Origin: Bdellovibrionota bacterium
GTDB lineage: Bacteria; Bdellovibrionota_C; UBA2361; JAAYZI01
Assembly: GCA_050950765.1 (NCBI GenBank)
Contig: JBMNIF010000002.1
Span: 448,001 to 512,000 of the forward strand
Length of the DNA: 64,000 nucleotides
Direction of reading: 5' to 3'
In this document: positions 9,706 through 19,635 of the stretch, in pieces
Position numbering within the stretch: position 1 is the stretch's first letter
Layout of the letters: each line of letters opens with the position of its first letter
Notes under the pieces: generated by a model
The model's input: the letters and a program-made list of their open reading frames with translations, nothing else
Told to the model about the DNA's origin: nothing
The model's database searches: none
Program-made: the position numbers and the translations under genes

Positions 9706-10149
9706 TTAGAGAGAGATCTGAACTCTCTTAATCTCATCGTGGTCGATCTTAGGCTGTTGCATAATACCTGTTTTCTTTTCGCCTTCAATGACCTCTTTAT
9801 ATGCGCCGTAAATAATATCAAGCAAGTTAATAACTTTACTGATGCGCGCGCCATCACGGTGTAAGTTTGCTTCCGTCAGATAGAACAACATAAAATCATA
9901 AAGTCTATCTAGATCACGTGCAATCGTACCACCCTTTTCAAAATCGATGGTATTCATCAACTCCGCAATAATGGCTTGCCCTTTACTGAGGAATCGACAG
10001 AACTTCTGAATGTCTTTTTCCTCGAGACCAGCTTTGGATTGTTTGAGGAATTTAATCGCTCCCTCGTACATCATCAATAACAAACGACCGCGATCGGTAG
10101 TTGTAATTTGAACGTTTTTATATGCTGAATGAGCATCTTTCCCGTACAT
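9706..10149 (-). CDS. fliS: Flagellin export chaperone FliS
   Basis: AYKNVQITT, LLLMMYEGAIKFL, KGQAIIAEL and IARDLDRLYDFM; ATG 10149 with GAGGTG SD. Confidence 0.93.
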   Translation of the reverse strand: MYGKDAHSAYKNVQITTTDRGRLLLMMYEGAIKFLKQSKAGLEEKDIQKFCRFLSKGQAIIAELMNTIDFEKGGTIARDLDRLYDFMLFYLTEANLHRDGARISKVINLLDIIYGAYKEVIEGEKKTGIMQQPKIDHDEIKRVQISL

Positions 10150-10212
10150 GGACACCTCTTTTAAAAAAATCAGACTTCTTTTAAACGGATAACTTCCTAA
10201 GTCCTAAAATCT

Positions 10213-10240
10213 TTATCGACCTCAATATAAAAGAGCTTGA
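10213..10240 (-). promoter_or_regulatory. Putative sigma28 promoter of fliS
   Basis: TCAAGCTC-N12-GTCGATAA on the minus strand. Confidence 0.65.
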
Positions 10241-10313
10241 GCAGAAAAATTAACCTAGCTAACAAGCTATATAAACTACTGTTTTTTCGCTCAAAAGTTC
10301 CATAAAATACTGT

Positions 10314-11111
10314 CTAACGTAGCTCTTGTGCCCGTATCTGTGCCTGTTTAATCCCTGCTTTTAAAGCCTCAAAAACACCTTTACTATCAAACACTTTAAT
10401 AGCAGCTTCAGTTGTACCTCCTTTTGATGTTACGCGTTTACGTAACTCTTCAACGGACACATCTGCACCTTCCCAAAGCTCCACTGCACCCTTTATCGTT
10501 TGAGCAGCCATTAAATGTGCATCATCTTCAGAGAATCCGAGTTCAGCAGCAGCCTTTAAAAAAGCTTCGATAAAATAAAATACATAGGCAGGTCCACTAC
10601 CAGAGAGTGCCGTAACACCATCCAGCAACTCCTCTTTTGCAACACGCAAACACCTTCCACCAGCAGAAAGGATCGCTTCCACCACCTCAAGGTCTTTTTC
10701 AGAGACAGCCGAAGATGGAAAGTACGCCGTCATGCCAACCCCGCTCTGAAAAGGTGTATTAGGCATACACCGCACGATCTTTTGATGTCCACCCAGTGCA
10801 GTTGAAATACTTTCAATCTGCATCCCAGCCATAATCGAAAGGAGTAATGTTTCAGGAGTAATCTTTGATGCCAGATCCGCACAAGCTTTCTGCATATCTT
10901 GCGGCTTTACAGCTAAAAGAAGAGGACCCCTTTTAATTTGCGGAACATCTTCTACAACACGACAAGCGAGCTTCTTAATTAAATCACTACGTCGTGCTGC
11001 ATCACGCTCAACTATTACAAGATTCTCCGCATCTACTAATTTTTTTTCGAGACAGAGGGAAGCAAAGGCAAACCCCATATTTCCACCACCGATAACAACA
11101 AACTCTTGCAT
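10314..11111 (-). CDS. proC: Pyrroline-5-carboxylate reductase
   Basis: GGGNMG, AVKPQ, RCMPNTP, TALSGSGPAY and VTSKGGTT motifs. Confidence 0.96.
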   Translation of the reverse strand: MQEFVVIGGGNMGFAFASLCLEKKLVDAENLVIVERDAARRSDLIKKLACRVVEDVPQIKRGPLLLAVKPQDMQKACADLASKITPETLLLSIMAGMQIESISTALGGHQKIVRCMPNTPFQSGVGMTAYFPSSAVSEKDLEVVEAILSAGGRCLRVAKEELLDGVTALSGSGPAYVFYFIEAFLKAAAELGFSEDDAHLMAAQTIKGAVELWEGADVSVEELRKRVTSKGGTTEAAIKVFDSKGVFEALKAGIKQAQIRAQELR

Positions 11112-11172
11112 GGCGCACCCCTAAATAAAAAACACCCCCCATTAACTCTAAAAGTGCTCGTTCCAAAAGCTC

Positions 11173-11475
11173 CTACTTCTTTCCGACACAAGAACACTTC
11201 TCAACTTCTACATCTGCACCTTTTTTAGGAGGCTCTAAGTTTAAAAAAAGACACATCTGATCCAGCAAGCGATCGTAATCTCTAAGTTCTCCCATGTTTA
11301 AACGATACTCATTAAGAATCCTTATCTGAAACTCTTCTTGCCACTCATCCCATGCAGCTTTAGAGACCTTTTTATAGATCGCCTCGCCCAGTTTTCCTGG
11401 AAATGGAGCTTTTTCCAAGCCTGCCATCTCTTTACCGTATTTTACACAATGAACCATTTTTTCCTCACTAGCCAT
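11173..11475 (-). CDS. Fe(II)-trafficking / oxidative damage protection protein (YggX family)
   Basis: VHCVKYGKEMAGLEKAPFPGKLGEAIY, SKAAWDEW and LNEYRLN. Confidence 0.88.
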   Translation of the reverse strand: MASEEKMVHCVKYGKEMAGLEKAPFPGKLGEAIYKKVSKAAWDEWQEEFQIRILNEYRLNMGELRDYDRLLDQMCLFLNLEPPKKGADVEVEKCSCVGKK

Positions 11476-11690
11476 CTTTACCCCTTATAAATACACAACA
11501 TCACAGCATCTATACCTCTACCGTTTCCAATAAACCTTTTTTTCCTCACTAGCCATCTTTACCCCTTATAAATACACAGCATCGCAGCATCTATACCTCT
11601 ACCGTTTCCAATAAACCTTTTTTTCCTCACTAGCCATCTTTACCCCTCATAAATACACAGCATCACAGCATTTATACAGATACCGTTTTT
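11452..11690. repeat. Three 81-bp tandem copies of the YggX-like gene start and leader
   Basis: CCTCACTAGCCAT at 11463, 11544, 11625. Confidence 0.95.
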
Positions 11691-11872
11691 CTAACAAATT
11701 CATAAGAAAATAGCATCTTATAATAATGCACCCCCCCTTAAAGAATAACCATTCGGTTTCTACGCCTTAAAAAGCAACCTTTTTATTTATTACCCAATAA
11801 CGGTACAGCATGTTTTCTTTACGCTTATTAGGGAGATCTTTTAAGCATAAACGGTTTTTTAAAGAGGTTGTT

Positions 11873-12511
11873 ATGACGATATCAGAAAAGAGCGATTCTC
11901 AATTATTAGACGGAATAAAACGGAGAGATTCAGCAGCTTTTGAAGAGATTGTTAATCGCTATCAGGAAAAGGTCTTTCGCCTCGCTCTTCATATCACTAA
12001 GCACCAAGAAGATGCTGAAGATGTTATACAAGATACCTTTTTAAAAGTTTTTAGTAAGATCTATACCTTTAGAAATGAATCATCCTTCTCCAGTTGGCTC
12101 TTTCGCATTGCAGCCAATTCTGCCCTAATGAAGTTGCGCTCACGTAACAGACGACTTAAATCAGAACTAACTAACAGTACCGCCACAGGTGTAGAAACAG
12201 CTATCGCAATATGTAACGATTATGATCTTAATTACGCTTCAAGCTCTTACGAAATACGTAACGTTCTCCAGAAAGCCACAGACTCTCTTCCGACCGATTA
12301 TAAAATAATCTTTATTTTACGAGATATGGATAATCTCTCTAATCAAGAGATAAGTGAAGCTATGAACATAACTGTCGCCTCAGTAAAATCAAAGTTGCAC
12401 CGTGCCAGATTACGACTCCGTAAAAAGCTGCATAACTTTTATGAGGATTATAAGTCTCCAGAAATAATATTTTACAAAGAGCCGTTCACAGAACAGGCTT
12501 GCAGAAATTAA
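11873..12511 (+). CDS. ECF-family RNA polymerase sigma factor
   Basis: DAEDVIQDTFLKVF, FSSWLFRIAAN and SVKSKLHRARLRLR; ATG 11873 preceded by GAGGT. Confidence 0.92.
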   Translation: MTISEKSDSQLLDGIKRRDSAAFEEIVNRYQEKVFRLALHITKHQEDAEDVIQDTFLKVFSKIYTFRNESSFSSWLFRIAANSALMKLRSRNRRLKSELTNSTATGVETAIAICNDYDLNYASSSYEIRNVLQKATDSLPTDYKIIFILRDMDNLSNQEISEAMNITVASVKSKLHRARLRLRKKLHNFYEDYKSPEIIFYKEPFTEQACRN

Positions 12512-12576
12512 AGTAATAGCTTCGTTATAAGAAGAAGTTTTTTTAAAGCATTTTTAATGTTGGTGTTACCCTTTAG

Positions 12577-12820
12577 CCCAAACTTTCCCCCCTTACGTAT
12601 GTTAAGAGGTGGTATCTCCCATTAATAAGACGTAACTCCTTTTTTTTATCTCGATATTTTGTTGCCTAATTGAGGGGATTTTTGCTTTCTTTACATACCT
12701 AAATACGTATGTCAAAACAGCGAAAAAGTTACCCCCTTTTATCGCTAATTTTTAAAAGATTTCTATCAGTTATAACAATATTGCTACTTTATAGTTACGT
12801 AAATTACAAAAAAGTTTGGG
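12577..12820 (-). mobile_element. 244-bp MITE, internal-deletion derivative of the IS at 51031-52595
   Basis: CCCAAACTTT terminal inverted repeats; 6-bp target duplication CTTTAG (12571-12576, 12821-12826); reverse complement aligns to IS 51031-51245 plus 52565-52595. Confidence 0.93.
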
Positions 12821-12834
12821 CTTTAGCTAAAAGC

Positions 12835-12902
12835 TTTTAAAAAAGCATCTCGACTAAAAAAGAAATTTTTAATTTTGAGGTTTTAAAAAAGTATCTCGAC
12901 TA
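12835..12902. repeat. Two-copy direct repeat, 46-bp period
   Basis: TTTTAAAAAAGYATCTCGACTA at 12835 and 12881. Confidence 0.8.
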
Positions 12903-12942
12903 GAGAGTAAGGCTCTTGTAATAAGAATAATAAAAAAAATTA

Positions 12943-13866
12943 CTACTCTTCAGAACCTTCACAACTTTCTTCAGCAACTAAACCGAGTTGCTTTAAAACA
13001 GCTTGAAACGTTCTCTCTAAAGCGTAATGCACTAACGGATCTCTTGAAAAACTTGAATAGAAAGTTTTCTTTAAGGTTGCTACCTTTTCCTCTACGGGAA
13101 GATCCTGCTTCTTGCTCTCTTTTATTAGATCTTCATAGCTATCTAAAATACTTTGCAAATGCGTACGAACCAAATGACCCGTGATCATCCCGATATTGGG
13201 AAAACAGATTGCAGAGATCTCAACATCATTAAAATATCTTATCGTGGTTAAGCTCTTCTCAAGGCTCCAATCTCCCCCTGGAGCAGCTAACTCTTTTCCT
13301 CGAAAATATCCGAACCCCTCATCAACCACAACAAAATCATAGGGCTCAACCACAAAAGCAAAAGACTCCTCCGTATGCCCCTCCGCCTTCACACACCGCA
13401 CCCTAATATTTTCATTGATTTGAAAAACTTCAGAATCGGGAAAAACGGTATCAATTTTTAGTGCTGCATAAAAATCTTCAAAAGAGAGTGGTTGCACAGT
13501 GGAGTCTAAATCATAAAGCGCACAGATCTCCTGATCTTGATCATAGATATCTCTGACAAAACTCTCATCATTTAACTTCTCCTGCATTAACGAGGAGCCG
13601 TATAAAACGATCTCGGAGCGCTGCTTTAAATACGGAATAGCAGCAACTCTCTCCGGATGAAGGTGTGTAATAAAGATCTCTTTAATCTGATCAGGTTGCT
13701 TGTGCAGCTCCATCTCCATCCTTTTGTATAGATACGGGATATGAATGGAGAGACCTGGATCGAAAAGGAGACAACCATCCTCTTTTTTTATTGCGTATTG
13801 GCACGATCCACCAAAAGTTAAGAGAAAGAAATCCGGATATATTTGACCACTGGCATGTATAAGCAT
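12943..13866 (-). CDS. Metallo-beta-lactamase-fold protein with degenerate metal site
   Basis: LLFDPG, ITHLHPERV and EGHT; likely ATG at 13866. Confidence 0.8.
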   Translation of the reverse strand: MLIHASGQIYPDFFLLTFGGSCQYAIKKEDGCLLFDPGLSIHIPYLYKRMEMELHKQPDQIKEIFITHLHPERVAAIPYLKQRSEIVLYGSSLMQEKLNDESFVRDIYDQDQEICALYDLDSTVQPLSFEDFYAALKIDTVFPDSEVFQINENIRVRCVKAEGHTEESFAFVVEPYDFVVVDEGFGYFRGKELAAPGGDWSLEKSLTTIRYFNDVEISAICFPNIGMITGHLVRTHLQSILDSYEDLIKESKKQDLPVEEKVATLKKTFYSSFSRDPLVHYALERTFQAVLKQLGLVAEESCEGSEE

Positions 13867-13964
13867 AACTACTAAAATAGCATCAAAATTTAGTTGTCTC
13901 AAGTTACTTCATAAGGTGGTCTAATATACTGTAATCAGTCGACCCCCTACCTCAGAACTGTCCC

Positions 13965-14220
13965 AAAAGATAAAAAAGGCTCCCTCCAAATGCCCTTGTC
14001 CATTCCTAAAAATAAAAAAAGACCGTCTTCAAATGCCCTTATCCGTTAAAGGTTCCGACTTACATAATTTCCAACTTACATATTTTATTTATTAAAAGAA
14101 GTTATTGTAGACAAAATTTAATTTTTAAGGTCAAAAGAGCTCCACTCATCAAGACTTTAAAGCGCGTCCTTTTTTATCTGATTTTTTTATCTGATTTTTT
14201 TATCTGGCTTTTTATCCGAA
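13965..14220. repeat. 43-bp two-copy repeat and 13-bp TTTTTTATCTGA microrepeats
   Basis: CAAATGCCCTT at 13987 and 14030; TTTTTTATCYG four times at 14170-14220. Confidence 0.7.
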
Positions 14221-14235
14221 AAGTTTAGGGAAATT

Positions 14236-14578
14236 TACTTACTTTTTAGTAGAGGCAACTTAGCGGTGTTCCGCTATGACCGCCCTAACTTGGAGGGGGG
14301 AAAGCTGTTTTCTCCCTTACCCTTTTTAGTAGAGGCGATTTAGCAGCGTTCCGCTACGACCGCCCTAACTTGGAGGGGGAAAAACCTCTTACTCCCTTCG
14401 CTTTTTTAATATTACGGATCCCACCCAAATAAGAATTTGAATGGGATCCGCTAAGGGGAAAAAAGTTACTTACTTCCCTTTACCCTTTTTAGTAGAGGCA
14501 ACTTAGCAGTGTTCCGCTACGACCGCCCTAACTTGGAGGGAAAAAAGCTGCTTACTTCCCTTTACCTTTTTTAGTAGA
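14236..14578. repeat. Four 80-83 bp units each reiterating the recA 3' end
   Basis: AGTAGA anchor at 14248, 14328, (14408 degenerate), 14491, 14573; the last lies inside recA. Confidence 0.9.
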
Positions 14579-15673
14579 CCCTGCTGCAACACTATTAGGA
14601 GCAGTTGAGTCTTCTGAATCTAGCGCTGAATTATCTTCTTTAGCAGAGGCAGTTACGGGAACTTCACCTTTTAAGGCAGAGACGGTATCCATAATCAAAC
14701 CACGAATTTCCTGTGCAATTTCAGGATTCTCTTTAAGGAATGTCTTTGCCCCTTCACGTCCCTGTCCGAGCCTTTCACCTTTATATGAAAACCAAGCGCC
14801 AGCCTTATCAACTATCCCGTGTTCAACACCGAGATCGATAATCTCTCCGACCTGACTGATCCCTTCGTTAAAAATTATATCAAACTCAGCTTCACCAAAC
14901 GGAGCCGCTACCTTATTTTTAACAACCTTAACTCGCACGCGGTTACCAGTAACATCAGAGTTCTCTTTAATTGATGCTATGCGACGGATATCAAGTCTAA
15001 CAGAAGAGTAAAACTTTAAGGCATTTCCACCCGCTGTTGTCTCCGGCGAACCGAACATCACACCGATCTTCATCCTAATCTGGTTAATAAAGATTATAGT
15101 GCAGTTAGCACGAGCTGTTAAACCGGTTAACTTCCGCATAGCCTTACTCATTAAACGTGCTTGCATACCTGGTTGCTGGTCAGTCATTTCACCATCTATT
15201 TCAGCTCGCGGAACAAGCGCCGCCACAGAGTCTATCACTACCAACTCAACAGAACCGGATTGAATCAGAGCTTCACAGATCTCCAACGCCTGCTCACCAC
15301 AATCAGGTTGGCTAACTAAAAGCTTTGAGGTATCAACACCTAATTTTCTAGCATAATTCACATCTAAAGCGTGTTCTGCATCAATAAAGACGACAGCTCC
15401 TCCCTTCCTCTGCGCTTCAGCAGCCGCATGTAGAGCTAATGTAGTCTTTCCGGAAGATTCTGGGCCATAAATCTCAACAATACGTCCCTTCGGAAGTCCA
15501 CCAATCCCTAACGCAATATCTAAGCCGAGACTCCCTGTTGATATGGCTTCCTGTTTTTCAATCGGTCCCGAGCCCAAACTCATAATTGTGCCCTTGCCAT
15601 ATCTCTTCTCAAGGGCTCCGATAGCTGTCGATAACGCTTTTTCTTTCTCTGCTTCTGTTGCAAAATTAGCCAT
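14552..15673 (-). CDS. recA: Recombinase A
   Basis: [54 protein letters not shown]. Confidence 0.99.
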   Translation of the reverse strand: MANFATEAEKEKALSTAIGALEKRYGKGTIMSLGSGPIEKQEAISTGSLGLDIALGIGGLPKGRIVEIYGPESSGKTTLALHAAAEAQRKGGAVVFIDAEHALDVNYARKLGVDTSKLLVSQPDCGEQALEICEALIQSGSVELVVIDSVAALVPRAEIDGEMTDQQPGMQARLMSKAMRKLTGLTARANCTIIFINQIRMKIGVMFGSPETTAGGNALKFYSSVRLDIRRIASIKENSDVTGNRVRVKVVKNKVAAPFGEAEFDIIFNEGISQVGEIIDLGVEHGIVDKAGAWFSYKGERLGQGREGAKTFLKENPEIAQEIRGLIMDTVSALKGEVPVTASAKEDNSALDSEDSTAPNSVAAGSTKKGKGK

Positions 15674-15797
15674 GCTCTTTAACTCCTAATAAATGATATT
15701 ATCCATAAAATTTTTTATTCTTAAGGTCAGATTTGTAATCTCTAAACCTCCTCCTCATACGTTAAAATCACGTTTTCTCCACTATATATCACCAACT

Positions 15798-16451
15798 CTA
15801 CTGCATCTCTCGGATAACACCGATTACCCTGCCCTGCACCGTCACACTATCAAGCGTGATCGGGCTCATAGTCGGATTAGCTGGAATCAACATAATCTTA
15901 CCGTTCTTTAGTCGCCGATATTTCTTTAAAGTTGCTGTCCCATCATCTAATAATGCAACAACTATCTGACCGTCATCAGCAGTATCCTGTTTTCGTATCA
16001 CCACGATATCACGATCGCAGATGTGTGCATCGATCATAGAATCACCACTTACTTCAAGACAATAGACCTCGCCCCGCCCGCAGATCATCGCTGGCGGAAT
16101 ATCGATAGTTGTCGCCTGCTCAATAGCCTCAATAGGGGCTCCTGCCGCAATAACTCCAACTAGTGGCACAGCCATAGGGCTTAATTCAGGGGCATCGCTC
16201 TCTATCAATTCTATAACACCGTCACCAGAGCGCTTAATAAACCCCTTATCTACAAGCCTCTCAAGGTGGAAGTGCGCCGTAGAGGCAGATTTAACTCCGA
16301 TATGTTCTGCAATATCTTTCAAGGTAGGCGCATAGCCCCTGTCTGCAATAAAATTACGAAGGAATTCAAGCGTTTGCCGCTGCACAGGAGCTAAAGTGGT
16401 TGAACGATGCGTTTTTGATTCATACCCCATCTTAGTATCACCCTTTATCAT
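15798..16451 (-). CDS. lexA: SOS repressor LexA (start may be 16430)
   Basis: Winged HTH (GYAPTLKDIA), AAG cleavage site, GDSM serine, ATLKK lysine; directly upstream of recA. Confidence 0.96.
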   Translation of the reverse strand: MIKGDTKMGYESKTHRSTTLAPVQRQTLEFLRNFIADRGYAPTLKDIAEHIGVKSASTAHFHLERLVDKGFIKRSGDGVIELIESDAPELSPMAVPLVGVIAAGAPIEAIEQATTIDIPPAMICGRGEVYCLEVSGDSMIDAHICDRDIVVIRKQDTADDGQIVVALLDDGTATLKKYRRLKNGKIMLIPANPTMSPITLDSVTVQGRVIGVIREMQ

Positions 16452-16639
16452 TACTTTCCCCCCTTTAATATTTTAAAATCAATATCTTAAGGTTCCTACT
16501 GAGCTAAGATTTAATCTCACCGGTAAAATCACTGGTAAAACACTACCGCAGGGATTAACTCTCGCCACTCAACATTATCTTACTATATGAAAAAAAACTA
16601 GAAAAACACAATAGAAAAAAACTAAATAGCTACAAAATA

Positions 16640-16667
16640 TTAATCTCTCCCATTTCGTTGCCGATTA
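16640..16667 (+). promoter_or_regulatory. Putative sigma28-type promoter
   Basis: TTAATCTC-N12-GCCGATTA upstream of the receiver-domain gene. Confidence 0.45.
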
Positions 16668-16711
16668 AAGTTGCAGTTGTTGGTTGTGGGGGTTTTCTAT
16701 GGGAGGTTTTT

Positions 16712-17128
16712 ATGTTGGGCGAACGCAAACATATACGACTACTAATCGTCAACGAAGAGGAAGCGTACTGCAATCTCGTTAAAGAGCACATCAAGCTTAA
16801 TGACTACTGCTACGATATTGAGTGTCAATGCGTTCCAAGTGGAGAGGCTGCCGTTAAAGCTATCTCAAATTGGGGTCCCAACATGGTGCTTCTTGATATG
16901 TTCATCTCGGACATGAACGGTTTTGATCTTCTTAAATATTGTAACGGCACACAAACTCCCGTCGTCGTCACATCAGAAGAGCACCTCGATCAGATCGAAC
17001 GTGAAGTGCTGGAAGTCGGTGCTGCTGATTATTTTAAAGCTGATGACGATCCTGACAATATGGATTACCTACTGGAAAAAGTGGTTGAACTCGCCACCTC
17101 CGACCAGACCCCTTTTTGGTACCAATAA
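16712..17128 (+). CDS. Single-domain response regulator (receiver)
   Basis: LLIVNEE, VLLDMFISDMNGFDLL, VVVTS and GAADYFK; ATG 16712 with GGAGG SD. Confidence 0.88.
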   Translation: MLGERKHIRLLIVNEEEAYCNLVKEHIKLNDYCYDIECQCVPSGEAAVKAISNWGPNMVLLDMFISDMNGFDLLKYCNGTQTPVVVTSEEHLDQIEREVLEVGAADYFKADDDPDNMDYLLEKVVELATSDQTPFWYQ

Positions 17129-17180
17129 CAGGAGCCTCTATTTTTTATACAGTCTCAATATAAATAAAAAGGATTATTAA

Positions 17181-17573
17181 ATGTTACTCGCTTATATGCA
17201 CTGTTTTGGAGTTGAATCAGATTGTCACGACCTCTGTTTAGTAGCTGATAAGCCAGATCAATTCTCTTGTCCGGTTCGAGTTGTTACATTAAGAGAAACA
17301 ACTGCTGCTGTTTACAGACTTGGTCCGCAGGAATGCGTCAATATCGATCTAGACCGTAACGACAACGGTTTAGTAATAACCCCGCTCTACCCCGCCAATC
17401 TCTTTCTAACACCAGATCTACCGACCTATCCCGGTATGAAAACAAAAAAGATAAAAATTTTTCAGAACCAGAACGGAGATTTTACCGTTTACTATCTACC
17501 TGAAGTAGATATAGACGGTAGCTGGAAAGAGTGGATCCCTAACCGCGAAAAACGCGCTGCTACACATCTATAA
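17181..17573 (+). CDS. Hypothetical protein
   Basis: 130-aa ATG ORF with AAGGA SD. Confidence 0.7.
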   Translation: MLLAYMHCFGVESDCHDLCLVADKPDQFSCPVRVVTLRETTAAVYRLGPQECVNIDLDRNDNGLVITPLYPANLFLTPDLPTYPGMKTKKIKIFQNQNGDFTVYYLPEVDIDGSWKEWIPNREKRAATHL

Positions 17574-17588
17574 TATAATAGTACAAGA

Positions 17589-18746
17589 TTATTTTTCTGA
17601 TCTTTCAAGATTAAGTTCTACCCAAATCAAAGCGTGATCGGAGGCGTTCTCAGGATAATAAACCAGACCACTTTTAAAGTTGCCCTTTTTACCTTTTTTC
17701 TCCAAAGCGTATTTCAAAGATTCCTTTGGTAAAAGGATATCATCCAGCCAGTAATATTTTTTTCGATACCTTAATGTGCCACTCAAAGCAGCTTCCTTCG
17801 GATCGTTTATTAAAACACTATATAGACTCCGCTCTGCTTTAGCCTTTTCTTTACAAAGTGGCATACCTTTTTTTGTAACAACACAAGCGCCGCCACGTTT
17901 AAAATCTTTAAGTGTTAATTTACCCTCTAAGATCTTAGCAGCAGCCGTGTCATAATTCCCATTCCTATCCCCAAGCAAGACCAAGATCACCTCTCCTGAT
18001 CTTACGAGCTCACCGTACTTAACCTTAACGATCTGACGCAACGCCTCTGCCATCTCCATACGCGCCGTTTCAAACTCAAGTCCCGCCGGATCACTTCCCC
18101 ATCTACTACTACGCGATTTAAAATGAATATTCTCTAGCACCAAAATCTTTTGCTGCTGTCGTCCGACCCTTAACTGCACCTCAAAAGGCCCCCTTGAAAA
18201 GCGACGCTGCTTCTGACCTGCAGAAAGTTTTGGCAATTCCGTTTTGTAATAAGAGTTAGTTTTAATTATCTGCGCACTATCCGACGCTACTAAATAACCG
18301 GATCTTAAATTAGGATCATTACTATCACCGACTAACGCTTTAAAGTGTCGTCCCGTCTCTAAGCTCAACAATTTCGCTAACCTTTCAAGAGCACGTTGCC
18401 CCTCTCTTTTTGAAGGTGCCAGCACCTCTTGCACAGCAATAATATCACAGTGCGCCGCCACAAAACGGTTGATTAAAGCACGCTCTTTTAACTCTAAACC
18501 ACTCTGCGTCATTTTTTTTGAACGCTTTTTTACATTAAAGAGAGCTCCGTAGTTTTCAAGGTTTTGACTACAAACTACGATCTGATCTTGTCCCAACCAA
18601 GTTGTTTGTTGCGGTTTTTTTCGTGAAGTTAAAAAAGCTTCTTCATTTAAAAGTAGAGCAACAACAAGTAGGATAAAAGCAACGATAAGAAGTATGAAGA
18701 TAAGAGATCTAACCTTGCGTTTTCGTATTTCGGTATCTTTACTCAC
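17589..18746 (-). CDS. Membrane-anchored endonuclease/exonuclease/phosphatase-family protein
   Basis: SQNLEN, DIIAVQEV, IHFKS, LGDRN, LDDIL and ASDH motifs; N-terminal TM. Confidence 0.88.
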   Translation of the reverse strand: MSKDTEIRKRKVRSLIFILLIVAFILLVVALLLNEEAFLTSRKKPQQTTWLGQDQIVVCSQNLENYGALFNVKKRSKKMTQSGLELKERALINRFVAAHCDIIAVQEVLAPSKREGQRALERLAKLLSLETGRHFKALVGDSNDPNLRSGYLVASDSAQIIKTNSYYKTELPKLSAGQKQRRFSRGPFEVQLRVGRQQQKILVLENIHFKSRSSRWGSDPAGLEFETARMEMAEALRQIVKVKYGELVRSGEVILVLLGDRNGNYDTAAAKILEGKLTLKDFKRGGACVVTKKGMPLCKEKAKAERSLYSVLINDPKEAALSGTLRYRKKYYWLDDILLPKESLKYALEKKGKKGNFKSGLVYYPENASDHALIWVELNLERSEK

Positions 18747-18785
18747 TTTTTAAAAGTCCTTATTCGCTATAACGCGCAATAATAT

Positions 18786-19448
18786 TCAAGAACACTGCAT
18801 CTCTGTTTTTATCTTCATAATCTGTCGCATACCGCTACGCCGTTGTCTTTGACTCTCTTCAAAAAGGGTATCCACACCTACCCCCGTTTGTTCTGCTACA
18901 TTTATACGCGTTAAAGCCAAACGCCCCACCAAGAGAGCATCTACAATATCTTGATTCTTTTTTAAATTGGTAGGCTCAACATCAAAACCGATCTTCTGCA
19001 ACTCCGCTGCATATAGGCGTGAAACACCGTGTGTTGCTATATCTTTTACCTTAACCCGACTAACTTGAGCTCCCTTAAGCCCTAAGATCTCATGTTGCAC
19101 AGATCGGGGGTGCACCCTACCTGGCACACACACCTCTCGCGATCGCGCCAACGTTTCGAACATCCCTCTAATCTGCTCAAGAATTAAGGCAGACCTCGGA
19201 TCACGCATAGTCGTTGCTGCTTCACAAACTAAAAAGTCACCCTCTTTGAGATCGACCTGCTCTAAGATCTGTACAATTCGTTCCTGAATATCAACTAAAC
19301 GTTTAGCTAGAGAGACGGTAGAGGGCAGAGACTTGACCTTTCCGACACCAAGCACATCCCCTGTCTGGATAGAAAAGAGCGCCCAGCCACTACACGTTAA
19401 GCTTGGATCTACAGAAAATAATTTTTGTTGAATAACTTTTGCTGCCAC
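18786..19448 (-). CDS. RuvC-like Holliday junction resolvase family protein (divergent)
   Basis: SVDPSLTCSGWA, LVCEA and DIVDAL acidic triad in RNase H-fold order. Confidence 0.7.
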   Translation of the reverse strand: MAAKVIQQKLFSVDPSLTCSGWALFSIQTGDVLGVGKVKSLPSTVSLAKRLVDIQERIVQILEQVDLKEGDFLVCEAATTMRDPRSALILEQIRGMFETLARSREVCVPGRVHPRSVQHEILGLKGAQVSRVKVKDIATHGVSRLYAAELQKIGFDVEPTNLKKNQDIVDALLVGRLALTRINVAEQTGVGVDTLFEESQRQRRSGMRQIMKIKTEMQCS

Positions 19449-19635
19449 ACCTTACAATATAGCAAGTTCGGATCTTTGTCGGAAGTCACCGAATAAAAAG
19501 AATTTACCAAAGGGTAAAAAAGAGGCGGTTATCCGCTTAATATACCATAAAAAACGAAGTTGTATCGACAGAAAGAGATTATTGCATTATCCTCGCACAA
19601 CAATATTATCACGTAAATTTTATCAATATATTCTT

